Of a stretch of 44,126 nt of DNA, positions 1-8,169 are shown one piece after another. Made by a program: the position numbers and the translations under genes. The notes below the pieces were generated by a model. The model saw nothing but the letters and a program-made list of their open reading frames with translations, was not told the DNA's origin and did no database searches. The DNA lies in IMG/VR virus record IMGVR_UViG_3300033475_000057, positions 1 through 44,126 of that record; one strand, 5' to 3'. Position 1 is the stretch's first letter. Every line of letters starts with the position of its first letter. Source of the stretch: a virus. Taxonomy: Duplodnaviria > Caudoviricetes.

Positions 1-127
1 TCCCTATCCCAGCCCACGACTCATAGTAGCGAAATGATGTGATTTTCGCAATGTCTGGTGTGTTGTATTTATCAGACAGTGCTAGCGGTCAGAACGGGCA
101 ATCTACGTCTGCGCCACTCTGCTGCGG
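1..127. repeat. Terminal direct repeat, identical to 44000-44126 (circular contig overlap)
   Basis: tccctatccc...gctgcgg is identical at both ends. The 127-nt length matches a common assembler k-mer, and the repeat cuts through a CDS end. Confidence 0.95.
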
Positions 128-388
128 CTGATAACCGTTCGATTTCTGTTGCTGGTGTTGCGACTGCCCGCCCTGCTGATCACGCGGCACAAAGCACGAC
201 AGCATGATGTTTGAGCGGTTATCCGGGTTCGGCAGGCCAGCGGGATTAAACCAGCGTTCGAGCAGGATGAACTGGCCATTGTCTCCTTCCATCACGACGC
301 CGACATTCTGATATCGGCCCTTTGTTTGTCCCTGTGCATCCTGATATTCACTGGTTTTAACAGCGATGTCGTAAAGCTTCTTTGCCAT
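89..388 (-). CDS. Small phage protein, probable ssDNA-binding protein (99 aa)
   Basis: ATG at 388 with AAGGAAAG RBS. Beta-rich N-terminus (YQDAQGQTKGRYQNVG), Q/G-rich linker and acidic DVDCPF tail like SSB C-termini. Lies in the replication operon. Confidence 0.6.
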   Translation of the reverse strand: MAKKLYDIAVKTSEYQDAQGQTKGRYQNVGVVMEGDNGQFILLERWFNPAGLPNPDNRSNIMLSCFVPRDQQGGQSQHQQQKSNGYQPQQSGADVDCPF

Positions 389-398
389 ATAACTTTCC

Positions 399-749
399 TT
401 AACGTGGTGTTTGTGCTGCTGAAAAACCGTGCTCGACGATGGCAATTGCCTCATCGACTGATCGGGCGATGCCGGCGATAGCGCCGCGGGACAGCATGGC
501 GTCAATGAATTGTTGCTGCTCTTTGCGGATACGGCCGCCGGGCTTTTTGACCTCGATGTACCAGGCCACGGCATCGCCGCCTCTGTGGCCGAATAGATCC
601 GAGAAGCCGACGGGCAGGCCGGTGCGCACAGGCTCGCCTGTTTTAGTGAAGAACAAGCCGACATTGCCTCTAGCTACGAAATGCCCGCGTTCGGATAGGG
701 CGAGCATGATTGCCCGCATAATTCCTGTCTCTGTTTTCGGATTGTCCAT
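399..749 (-). CDS. VRR-NUC domain nuclease
   Basis: Motifs GFSDLFG, IEVKKPGGRIRKEQQQF and GIARSVDEA match the PD-(D/E)xK VRR-NUC pattern. Confidence 0.9.
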   Translation of the reverse strand: MDNPKTETGIMRAIMLALSERGHFVARGNVGLFFTKTGEPVRTGLPVGFSDLFGHRGGDAVAWYIEVKKPGGRIRKEQQQFIDAMLSRGAIAGIARSVDEAIAIVEHGFSAAQTPR

Positions 750-790
750 ACAGGCATTCTAAAACAGTGTTGCGATTATTGAAATAGTTG

Positions 791-819
791 TTGCTTTTTT
801 CACAACCACCGGTTACACT
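791..819 (+). promoter_or_regulatory. Sigma70-type promoter for the ncRNA/coiled-coil cassette
   Basis: TTGCTT(791-796)-17 nt-TACACT(814-819), overlapped by the operator-like palindrome gttgcttttttcacaac (790-806). Confidence 0.75.
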
Positions 820-824
820 GCAGT

Positions 825-1093
825 TGTAGTCAATGCACGGAGATAAAAACCGTAGAAATGTGACGACAGGCGCAAGAGTCGTAAATCTGACGCAATGCTT
901 ATGGGAAGCATCAGACTTTTAATCTGACGAAATGCCTCTCAAGTCCGCAAGCCTAAAGGCGCAAGGTTGTAAGTCTCAATCCTCGCAAGACGGCAAGTGG
1001 CAAGCATCAAGGAAGCGCATTAAATGCCCTGGGGCGAGTTAAGTTTTCACGTTAAGCACGGAACTTCCCAGGCTTCCCGCGTAGGTGGCTACA
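825..1093 (+). ncRNA. Candidate structured ncRNA or long structured leader (~270 nt)
   Basis: Starts at the predicted TSS. 5' tgtagtca (825-832) pairs with 3' tggctaca (1086-1093). Internal hairpins at 863-882, 886-915 or 911-927, and 1028-1072. Periodic AAG tract at 941-1011. No credible ORF. Confidence 0.7.
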
Positions 1094-1117
1094 TTCACAT
1101 TCAATTTAAGGATCATC

Positions 1118-1627
1118 ATGAAGATTATCGAAGCAATGAAGAAGGTGAAGGCGAACAAGGAAAAGGTAACTGACCTGCGCCAAAAAATCGGATCAATCTG
1201 CGCCAATCTTGCCCACGAAACCAAGCTGTACGGCACCGAAACCGCCGCCAAGGTCAAGGAATTTCTGCAAGCCTGCGATGACATATCGCAAGAGAACGTC
1301 CGCCTGTTGTGCGCTATTCAGAAAACAAACCTCGCTACCAGCGTAACCATCGAGCTCGGCGGCAAGCAAGTCACGAAGACGATTGCCGAATGGATCTGGC
1401 GTCGCCGCGAGTACGCGGCAGAGGACTACCAAACCTGGTCTGTACTGACAGATCGCGGAATCAAGGAAGGCCAGGCCCAGACCACAACCGGAACGCCGTT
1501 CGAGCTAAAGCTTGAGCGCCACTATGACCCGGTGAAGCGCGACGAAATGATCGCGATGTACCGCGCCGAGCGACACCAGATCGATGCCGCGTTGGAAGTG
1601 GTGAACGCGACCACGGACCTGATGTAA
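1118..1627 (+). CDS. Coiled-coil protein resembling the DIP1984-like family (169 aa)
   Basis: ATG at 1118 with AAGGA RBS. The pattern MKIIEAM...IQKTN..T...TIAE.I.RR...ID..L...NATTDL recalls DIP1984-like long helical-hairpin proteins (recognised by eye). Confidence 0.6.
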   Translation: MKIIEAMKKVKANKEKVTDLRQKIGSICANLAHETKLYGTETAAKVKEFLQACDDISQENVRLLCAIQKTNLATSVTIELGGKQVTKTIAEWIWRRREYAAEDYQTWSVLTDRGIKEGQAQTTTGTPFELKLERHYDPVKRDEMIAMYRAERHQIDAALEVVNATTDLM

Positions 1628-1699
1628 TGAACCGCGGCGCTCGCTGGCACTCCGCCTACTGGCAATGCCTTCTCGAGCGCAGGCAGGTTTCGCTGCTGC

Positions 1700-1951
1700 C
1701 TATGCGGTGCCGTTATGAGCGCCAGGCGCGCCTGTTCTAAGCGACCACAGCAGCCGAATATTTCCCTCCAGCCGGCGCTGCGCTTCCTCGCCGTGCAGCG
1801 CCCCATATGACCGGATAGCCGAGCGCCTAGTCTCAATGTCCGGCATTCTCAGGATGGTCCGCGCTTCCGTTTCGCGCGACAGACATTCGGCCTTCCAATC
1901 CGGCGAATAGCTATCGACCACACGGCCATCGAGCAGGGTGACATCAGCCAT
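1700..1951 (-). CDS. Hypothetical phage protein (83 aa)
   Basis: Overlaps the helicase stop; co-oriented with the operon. Confidence 0.7.
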   Translation of the reverse strand: MADVTLLDGRVVDSYSPDWKAECLSRETEARTILRMPDIETRRSAIRSYGALHGEEAQRRLEGNIRLLWSLRTGAPGAHNGTA

Positions 1952-3404
1952 CGGCGAGCTCGGCTTTTCTGATTGAGCTTTGGACCTTCCCGCGCCATGT
2001 CATTTCCGCCCAGGCTTCAGGCCGGCGGTATCCTCGCTGCTTTGCCAACCTCACCAGTGCAGCGATGGCGGCTGCCTTATCCTTGGCGGCCCGCTCCATT
2101 ACGCTCTCAATCCTCGCCCGGGCGAGCTCGGCCTTATCATTTCCTGCAAGGTCAATTTCCTGCAGATCCCCATCGACCTGCTCTATCATGCGAGGCTTAG
2201 GCTCGAAGTGATACCCGCATGCGCAATCAGTTGCCGCTGCCATCACCATGCGGAAACATGACGGACAGGTTTTGATGGGCATTTCTTGATTAGATGTGCC
2301 GCGCTTCTTGCCGCTACCTGACAGCGACCATGTACGCGCCTCCGCTGGATTACCGTGGCGACCAATGTTGCCTGCATGGTCGAGCACAATGCAGCAGTCT
2401 TTCCCCGGATGCATACGCAGGCCACGGCCGATGCTCTGCAGGAACTTTGTCAGGGATTGCGTCGGGCACAATAAGATGACGCATGAAACACTAGGACAAT
2501 CCACGCCAGCCACGAAAAGGGCACAGTTACAGACGACATCGATGCGCCCGGCCTTTAGATCAGCCAGAGCTGCATCGCGCTCGTCCGGATCCGACTCACC
2601 CGACACGGCCACGGCGCGTACACCAGCTAGGCAGAACTGCTTGGCAACGTGATGCGCATGTTCGATGGAAACACAAAACGCGATGGTCGGACGATGGCGC
2701 GCGACTTTCATCCATTCAGCGACAGCGCTGCCGGTAATCTTCGGTTTGTCCATAACAGCAGCGAGATCACCCTGATTGAATTCGCCGGCCGTCGTATGCA
2801 CGCCGGTCAGGTCAGGTGGCTGAGGTGCGAAATACTTTATGGGAGCCAGCATCCCCTCGTCGATCAGATCTTGCGTACTGCAGGTTTCGATGATGCAGTC
2901 GGCAACCTCGCCCATACCGCGGCCGTCCAATCGCACAGGCGTAGCGGTCAAGTGCATTAGCTTAGCTCCGCCGGCCTTGTAGAATTTTGGCCCGGCGTGA
3001 GCCCATTCGAAAATGTCCTGATAGGTTGCGGCAACAGCCAGGTGGGCCTCATCCACGATAATAAGCGTAGGCCTTTCCAGCCGCTCAATGCGGCGCACAG
3101 CAGTCTGCACACTGACAACCTGGACCGGCTGGCGGCGGTCGTAGCTGTGCCCGGCCATGACGTAGCTGAACGGTAATCCAGCCTCCCCCAAGCGGCGCGC
3201 AGTGTCGTGATTGATTTCCTTGAGGTGGGACAGGAACCAGATGCGGCCGCCCTTAGCCAGCGCGCGGCGGATCATTTCAATGGCAGTGAAAGTTTTCCCG
3301 CTACCTGTTGGGCTGACCAAGATCGGGGCGACCTTCCCTGACTGATATGCGAGCACGATGTCACTAATCGCATTAGCTTGCCGCGGGCGAAGATCATCTG
3401 CCAT
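1944..3404 (-). CDS. SF2 DEAH-box helicase with C-terminal zinc ribbon
   Basis: Walker A SPTGSGKT, DEAH, TATP, QSIGRGLR, then CPSC...CACG. Confidence 0.95.
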   Translation of the reverse strand: MADDLRPRQANAISDIVLAYQSGKVAPILVSPTGSGKTFTAIEMIRRALAKGGRIWFLSHLKEINHDTARRLGEAGLPFSYVMAGHSYDRRQPVQVVSVQTAVRRIERLERPTLIIVDEAHLAVAATYQDIFEWAHAGPKFYKAGGAKLMHLTATPVRLDGRGMGEVADCIIETCSTQDLIDEGMLAPIKYFAPQPPDLTGVHTTAGEFNQGDLAAVMDKPKITGSAVAEWMKVARHRPTIAFCVSIEHAHHVAKQFCLAGVRAVAVSGESDPDERDAALADLKAGRIDVVCNCALFVAGVDCPSVSCVILLCPTQSLTKFLQSIGRGLRMHPGKDCCIVLDHAGNIGRHGNPAEARTWSLSGSGKKRGTSNQEMPIKTCPSCFRMVMAAATDCACGYHFEPKPRMIEQVDGDLQEIDLAGNDKAELARARIESVMERAAKDKAAAIAALVRLAKQRGYRRPEAWAEMTWRGKVQSSIRKAELADG

Positions 3405-3786
3405 GCTTTTTTATTCTCGCCTCGGTCATTTCAGCGTGATGATGCTTCATATGCTCCGATTGCGTCATCACCTCGAGATTGCCTGGCGAGTTATTGTGTT
3501 TGTTCCCGTCTTTGTGATGGACGATCTCGCCCCTTAGCAATGGCCGGCCGAGCATCTGTTCGGCGATAACGCGATGCTCATGACGATTGAACAGCTTCTT
3601 GTAAACATCCGGCCTGGACTGCTTGTAGCGAAGCGCTGCCTCCCGGCAATTTGCTTTGAACTGCTCATGAGAAGTGACGTAATGCGGATCCCCATATCGC
3701 CGCACCCGCATTGCATGCATCCCGCAATAGCCTTGCTTCGTCTTTGTCGCACTTGGCTTATCGCAAGTATCGATTATGCATTTCAC
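3394..3786 (-). CDS. HNH endonuclease
   Basis: HRVIAEQMLGRPL...VHHKDGNKHNNSPGNLEV..QSEH motif; N-terminal C..C...CGMH zinc site. Confidence 0.9.
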   Translation of the reverse strand: MKCIIDTCDKPSATKTKQGYCGMHAMRVRRYGDPHYVTSHEQFKANCREAALRYKQSRPDVYKKLFNRHEHRVIAEQMLGRPLLRGEIVHHKDGNKHNNSPGNLEVMTQSEHMKHHHAEMTEARIKKHGR

Positions 3787-3944
3787 AGAATTCCCATCTT
3801 TCTAAAAATAACCCAAATAAAAATCCACATCACCAGCGATATCGGCAGAGCAATCAGGACGCCATGGAAAAACCTGATTCCCTCGTTGCAATCCGTCCGT
3901 GCAGACAGATCACGGCAACGTGTGCAACTGCAAATGTTAATCAT
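3783..3944 (-). CDS. Small membrane protein (53 aa; not in ORF track)
   Basis: MINICSCTRCRDLSARTDCNEGIRFFHGVLIALPISLVMWIFIWVIFRKMGIL; its stop overlaps the HNH GTG start (GTGA). Confidence 0.55.
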   Translation of the reverse strand: MINICSCTRCRDLSARTDCNEGIRFFHGVLIALPISLVMWIFIWVIFRKMGIL

Positions 3945-3997
3945 GGACTCGGCCCTGCGCTTTCCTATATGGACTCCGCCCGGTCATTGGCGTTTGA

Positions 3998-4237
3998 TCA
4001 TCCAGCCTGCTGAGGCAGCAGGTCGGAAGCAGTGAGGGAAAGTCCCCGCGCCCGAGCGGCTTCAAGAACAGTTTCCTGAATAGGCCCCGGCACTCTGCCT
4101 CCAGTGCCGCCGTCCTCTTTGGGAGATCGCCAGCGAGAAATGGAAGATGGATTTCGGTCCAGGGCGCGCGCCGTTTCGCGCACGCCTCCGAATGCGGAAA
4201 TAACGCGGTCTGCAGGAGTTGTGATTTTGGTTCCCAT
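3998..4237 (-). CDS. Cro-like HTH regulator
   Basis: VISAFGGVRETARALDRNPSSISRW HTH; 79 aa; divergent from the repressor. Confidence 0.85.
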   Translation of the reverse strand: MGTKITTPADRVISAFGGVRETARALDRNPSSISRWRSPKEDGGTGGRVPGPIQETVLEAARARGLSLTASDLLPQQAG

Positions 4238-4254
4238 GTGGTCTTAACAACTGT

Positions 4255-4328
4255 GTTGAGATAATCGCAATTATAGGTGCTTAAATGCCCTGTTGCAATA
4301 CCCGCAATGATGCTGTAATAACCCCAAC
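4255..4328. promoter_or_regulatory. cro/cI operator region with three 17-bp imperfect palindromes
   Basis: gttgagataatcgcaat (4255-4271), gttgcaatacccgcaat (4292-4308), gctgtaataaccccaac (4312-4328). Confidence 0.75.
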
Positions 4329-4937
4329 ATGGCCCAGGAAACCAGTAGCGGCGTCGATACTGCGTGGTTTAAGGCGAGGCTCGCTGATCGCCAGATATCG
4401 CAGCGCAGCCTGGCGCGGACGCTCGGCCTGGATGCCTCCGCCCTCTCCCTCATGTTCAGAGGGAAACGGGTCATGAAGATCGCCGAGGCCGTCGCTATTG
4501 CGCGCCTGCTTGGCGTGCCTGCCGATGAAGTGATGGCGCATGCCGGCGTGCGCGTCGATTCAAAGAACGAGCTCGTGCCGATAGCTGGTTTCATGGATGG
4601 GACCAGCGAGGCCCATGTCTCCATGAATTCGATGGGCTCCGTCCCGCACCCGGGCGGCGACCTTCCGGCGGAACTGAACGCCTGCATTTGCCGCACTGCC
4701 GGCTCTGACCTCGAGTATATGGACGGCTGGATATTGTTCTGCGCCGACATGACCGGCGGCATTCAGCCCGAAGCCGTCGGCCGGCTGTCCTATGTGAAGA
4801 TCACCGACGGTGTGGTCTATGTCGCCAGGCTGCAGCGCGGCACAGCACGTGGCCGATGGACGCTGGCCGGCCCAGCGATCTATTCCGAGGACCTGCGCAT
4901 CGATTGGGCGAACCCGATCCTGGCGATACTGCCCTGA
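4329..4937 (+). CDS. CI-like repressor (XRE HTH plus degenerate S24-like domain)
   Basis: ISQRSLARTLGLDASALSLMFRGKR HTH. The C-terminal domain follows the S24 layout. No SD upstream, so possibly leaderless. Confidence 0.85.
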   Translation: MAQETSSGVDTAWFKARLADRQISQRSLARTLGLDASALSLMFRGKRVMKIAEAVAIARLLGVPADEVMAHAGVRVDSKNELVPIAGFMDGTSEAHVSMNSMGSVPHPGGDLPAELNACICRTAGSDLEYMDGWILFCADMTGGIQPEAVGRLSYVKITDGVVYVARLQRGTARGRWTLAGPAIYSEDLRIDWANPILAILP

Positions 4938-4979
4938 CGTTGTATTTTCCAGACACTGCAATTTACCACAATATAACGC

Positions 4980-5021
4980 TTGCGTTTTTCGCACCGTTGC
5001 GTATGATGTGGTTATCGCAAC
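4980..5021 (+). promoter_or_regulatory. Early promoter with flanking operators
   Basis: TTGCGT(4980-4985)-16 nt-TATGAT(5002-5007); palindromes at 4979-4995 and 5005-5021. Confidence 0.6.
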
Positions 5022-5039
5022 GATGTTTTGAAAGGAGCA

Positions 5040-5255
5040 ATGATGGATGCCTTTAAGGCTGAACAGAGCGGCTGCTACGGCGGCGAGGTTGAGGTTTCCG
5101 GCTGGATGTTCGATGGGCAGCCGCTCGTCACTATCAAGCAGCACGGCGCATCTATGCATTTCCAGTTCAACATGACACCGGAACAGGCGCGCGAAATGTC
5201 AGGGCTGCTGATTCACGCGGCGGAAAAGGTTGAGCAGCGCGAGGTGCCGGCGTGA
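5040..5255 (+). CDS. Hypothetical protein
   Basis: AAAGGAG RBS before ATG 5040; coupled to the next gene. Confidence 0.7.
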   Translation: MMDAFKAEQSGCYGGEVEVSGWMFDGQPLVTIKQHGASMHFQFNMTPEQAREMSGLLIHAAEKVEQREVPA

Positions 5256-5719
5256 AAACCGAGGCCGAATGGCTTGAGGCTTTGCGCGGTCGGCTTGAGA
5301 AGCGCGTCGAGCGCGTCACAGAGACAGGCTGCTGGCTCTGGAATGGCCGTCTTGACCGCAAGGGATATGCAAGGCTTTCGCTTTGGAGGCGAGACAAAAG
5401 ACACTACGTCCTAACTCTTGCACACCGCCTTGCATTCAAAGCATTCGTCCGCGACTTCCCAACGACTTCAGTCATCATGCACAGATGCGACACGCCTTGC
5501 TGCATCAACCCTTCCCACCTGGTTGAAGGAACGCAAGCCCAAAACATCCATGACATGCTCGAAAAGAAGCGCGAGCGCGGCGTCGGATTTAACAACCGCA
5601 ACAAGACGCACTGCAATGCCGGCCATCCGCTTTCCGGTGAGAACCTGCGCATTGAAGGTAAGCGGAAAGCTCGCCGCTGCAAGGCCTGCGAGAACATCAA
5701 GAAAGGACGCAATAAATGA
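5252..5719 (+). CDS. HNH endonuclease
   Basis: GCWLWNG...AHRLAF...MHRCDTPCCINPSHLVEGTQAQNIHD plus KTHCNAGH...CKAC zinc finger. Confidence 0.92.
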   Translation: MKTEAEWLEALRGRLEKRVERVTETGCWLWNGRLDRKGYARLSLWRRDKRHYVLTLAHRLAFKAFVRDFPTTSVIMHRCDTPCCINPSHLVEGTQAQNIHDMLEKKRERGVGFNNRNKTHCNAGHPLSGENLRIEGKRKARRCKACENIKKGRNK

Positions 5720-6681
5720 ACGTCGAAATACTCAAGCCTGACAACGAGGCGCATTGGCTCGAAATGAGAAAAGCGGATGTGACGAGTACAGAGTCAGCCG
5801 CTCTTTTCGGACTCAGCCCGTACACCACGAGGTTCGAATTGTGGCATGCGAAAAAGTCCGGCATTGCCCGAGAATTTCAAGACAACGAGGCGATGGAAGA
5901 AGGCCGTTTCCTCGAGCCAGGTATAGCCGCATGGGCCGCGCACATAATGGGCTGGGAGATCGAGCCGCTGAAGTCCTACTGGCGGCGCACAGATATTCGC
6001 ATGGGCAGCAGCTTCGATTACGTGATCAACAACCTGCCTGATGGCCCGGCGATCCTCGAGATCAAGAATTTGCGCTACGACGTTTTCAAGCGCGACTGGA
6101 TCGAGCACGACGACGGCTTCATCGAAGCAAGCGAGCACATCGAGGTTCAAGTCCAGCATCAGCTCGCAGTGAGCGGATACAAGCGCGCATTCATCTGCGC
6201 CAAGGTCGGTGCAGGCCGCCCGCTTATCATTGAGCGCCAGCGCGACGAGCAAGTCATCGCCGGCCTCGAAAACACGGTGCGTGAATTCTGGCGCACGGTC
6301 GATGCCGGGATCGAGCCGCCGCCCATGATGCCCGAGGACGCCGACGCGGTTATCCGGATGATGCGTTATGCGGAGCCGGGCAAGCTGCTCGACGCCTCCG
6401 GTGATGCGACAATCGAAACGCTGGTGGCAAATTACAAAGCCGCTTGCAACGAGCGCGACAATGCCGACGAAGCCGCCAAGGTTTTCAAGGCGGAGCTCCT
6501 AGTCGCCATCGGCGATGCGGAGAAGGTGATCACGTCGGACTGGACGATCAGCGCAGGGCTAGTGGCTGACACGCCGCCGACGGTTATCGATGCGTCGATG
6601 ATCGGCCAGTCGTACGGCGGACGCAAGGGCTACCGAAATCTCCGTGTAACCCAAAAGAAAAAGGCGAAGGCCGCAGCCTGA
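5716..6681 (+). CDS. YqaJ/lambda-exonuclease family recombination nuclease
   Basis: WLEMRKADVTSTESAALFGLSPY, GRFLEP, SFDY, LEIKN, QVQHQL motifs; directly upstream of recT. Confidence 0.92.
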   Translation: MNVEILKPDNEAHWLEMRKADVTSTESAALFGLSPYTTRFELWHAKKSGIAREFQDNEAMEEGRFLEPGIAAWAAHIMGWEIEPLKSYWRRTDIRMGSSFDYVINNLPDGPAILEIKNLRYDVFKRDWIEHDDGFIEASEHIEVQVQHQLAVSGYKRAFICAKVGAGRPLIIERQRDEQVIAGLENTVREFWRTVDAGIEPPPMMPEDADAVIRMMRYAEPGKLLDASGDATIETLVANYKAACNERDNADEAAKVFKAELLVAIGDAEKVITSDWTISAGLVADTPPTVIDASMIGQSYGGRKGYRNLRVTQKKKAKAAA

Positions 6682-6707
6682 TAGCGGCCAATTCAAAGGA
6701 AATCCAA

Positions 6708-7562
6708 ATGACTCAAATCGCAGTAATCAATGAAGTTCGAACAGCCATCGAGAAAATGGCCCCTCAATTCAAGGCGGCGCTTCCGTCGCACATCCCCGTC
6801 GAGCGCTTCGTGCGTACCACGCTGACCGCCGTGCAAACCAATCCGCAGCTGGTGGACGCAGACCGCCGCACGCTGTTCGCTGCAGCTACCCGTGCCGCGC
6901 AGATGGGCTTGCTGCCTGATGGCCGCGAAGGTGCCATTGTGACGTTCAAGGGGCAGTGCCAATGGATGCCAATGGTCGCCGGCCTTTTGAAGCTGGCGCG
7001 CAACTCCGGCGAGATCGCCAGCATCGACGCGCAGCCCGTCTATAAGGCAGACAAATTCACCTACCGCCCAGGGATCGACTTGGTGCCGCAGCATGAGCCC
7101 GACTGGTTTGGCGACCGCGGCGAAATGATCGGTGTCTATGCCGTCGCTCGCACCAAAGACGGCGCGGCTTATGTCGAGATCCTGAGCATGAAGCAGATCA
7201 ACCAGGTACGGAACGTCAGCCGCGCTAAGGACAGCGGCCCATGGCAGGCTTGGCCGGATGAGATGGCGCGCAAGACAGCTATTCGCCGCCTGTCCAAGCG
7301 CCTCCCGCTTTCGACCGATCTGGACGGCGCAATCCACGCAGACGACGATTTCTTCCAGCCTGCAGAGGATCCTACGCAAGCCGCACAGGCCTCCCAGCAG
7401 ACCGAAGCAGCACCGGCCAACCGCACTCGCGCAAGCCGCCTCGATAAAGTCGCAGCCGCCGGCAACGGAGCGCCACACGATAACGACGACACCACTGTGA
7501 TCGATGGCGAGGTTATCCAGCACGCCAACGACAGCCAGCAAGCCGATCAATCTCCTATCTGA
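6708..7562 (+). CDS. recT: RecT-family ssDNA annealing protein
   Basis: AALPSHI..ERFVR, AAQMGLLPDGREGAIV, GPWQAWPDEMARKTAIRRLSKRLPLS. Confidence 0.95.
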   Translation: MTQIAVINEVRTAIEKMAPQFKAALPSHIPVERFVRTTLTAVQTNPQLVDADRRTLFAAATRAAQMGLLPDGREGAIVTFKGQCQWMPMVAGLLKLARNSGEIASIDAQPVYKADKFTYRPGIDLVPQHEPDWFGDRGEMIGVYAVARTKDGAAYVEILSMKQINQVRNVSRAKDSGPWQAWPDEMARKTAIRRLSKRLPLSTDLDGAIHADDDFFQPAEDPTQAAQASQQTEAAPANRTRASRLDKVAAAGNGAPHDNDDTTVIDGEVIQHANDSQQADQSPI

Positions 7563-7573
7563 AAGGCCACACC

Positions 7574-7780
7574 ATGCCCATCATTGCCAGCACCCGCGAG
7601 GAACACCCCGACGACCTGCTGAAGCCTTCCGAGGCCGCAGCCATTCTCCGCGTGTCAGTCAGCACGATGGAGCAATGGCGTGGCGTCAGGAAAGGGCCGC
7701 CGTGGATCAAACTCGGAACCGGCATTCGTGCGCCGATCCGCTATCGCCGCGGCGACATCATTGATTTTCTGCGTACATAA
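7574..7780 (+). CDS. Excisionase/AlpA-like HTH protein
   Basis: LLKPSEAAAILRVSVSTMEQWR..KGPPWIKLG...IRYRRGDI. Confidence 0.85.
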   Translation: MPIIASTREEHPDDLLKPSEAAAILRVSVSTMEQWRGVRKGPPWIKLGTGIRAPIRYRRGDIIDFLRT

Positions 7781-7793
7781 CTGAGACCATCCT

Positions 7794-8153
7794 ATGATCG
7801 ACCACGAAACCAAACTCGCCATCCTCAGCATCCTGAAATCAAAGCGAGGCGAGCGCATTCCTGCCGCTGAAATTGCCAGACGCCTTGGCACCACGCATGC
7901 CACCATCAGCCGGCACCTGACCGAACTGCTCGACCTCGACGAAATCTGGCACTGCGTTCTGAACCATCGGAAATACTATTTCGTGCCAACCGAGGCAGAG
8001 ATATCTGCCGCCGCCGATACGTCACTGCCGAACTGGAAAACGGCGAAGGAATACAAATACCCGCTGGCGATGCAGCGCCGGGTCAAAGAAATTGCAGAAC
8101 ACCGCGCCCGGTTTCCGTTGTTTATTCCGCGAGTGAATAAGCAACCAGCTTAA
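7794..8153 (+). CDS. Winged-HTH DNA-binding protein
   Basis: IPAAEIARRLGTTHATISRHLTEL HTH. Confidence 0.75.
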   Translation: MIDHETKLAILSILKSKRGERIPAAEIARRLGTTHATISRHLTELLDLDEIWHCVLNHRKYYFVPTEAEISAAADTSLPNWKTAKEYKYPLAMQRRVKEIAEHRARFPLFIPRVNKQPA

Positions 8154-8169
8154 TATCACGATTAGATCG

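Noticed and set aside
89-664. 191-aa ORF as listed in the track
   Set aside because: The upstream half overlaps the VRR-NUC gene in another frame; the RBS supports a start at 388.
880-960. Complete tRNA-Lys gene
   Set aside because: Only D-arm-like and anticodon-arm-like parts exist; there is no GTTC T-loop, acceptor stem or CCA.
938-1015. CRISPR or mini-CRISPR array
   Set aside because: The repeated unit is only 3-4 nt with 4-6 nt spacers, and there are no cas genes.
1085-1117. GTG start extending the coiled-coil protein to 180 aa
   Set aside because: It lies in the RNA closing stem. ATG 1118 has an AAGGA RBS and matches the family-like MKIIEA start.
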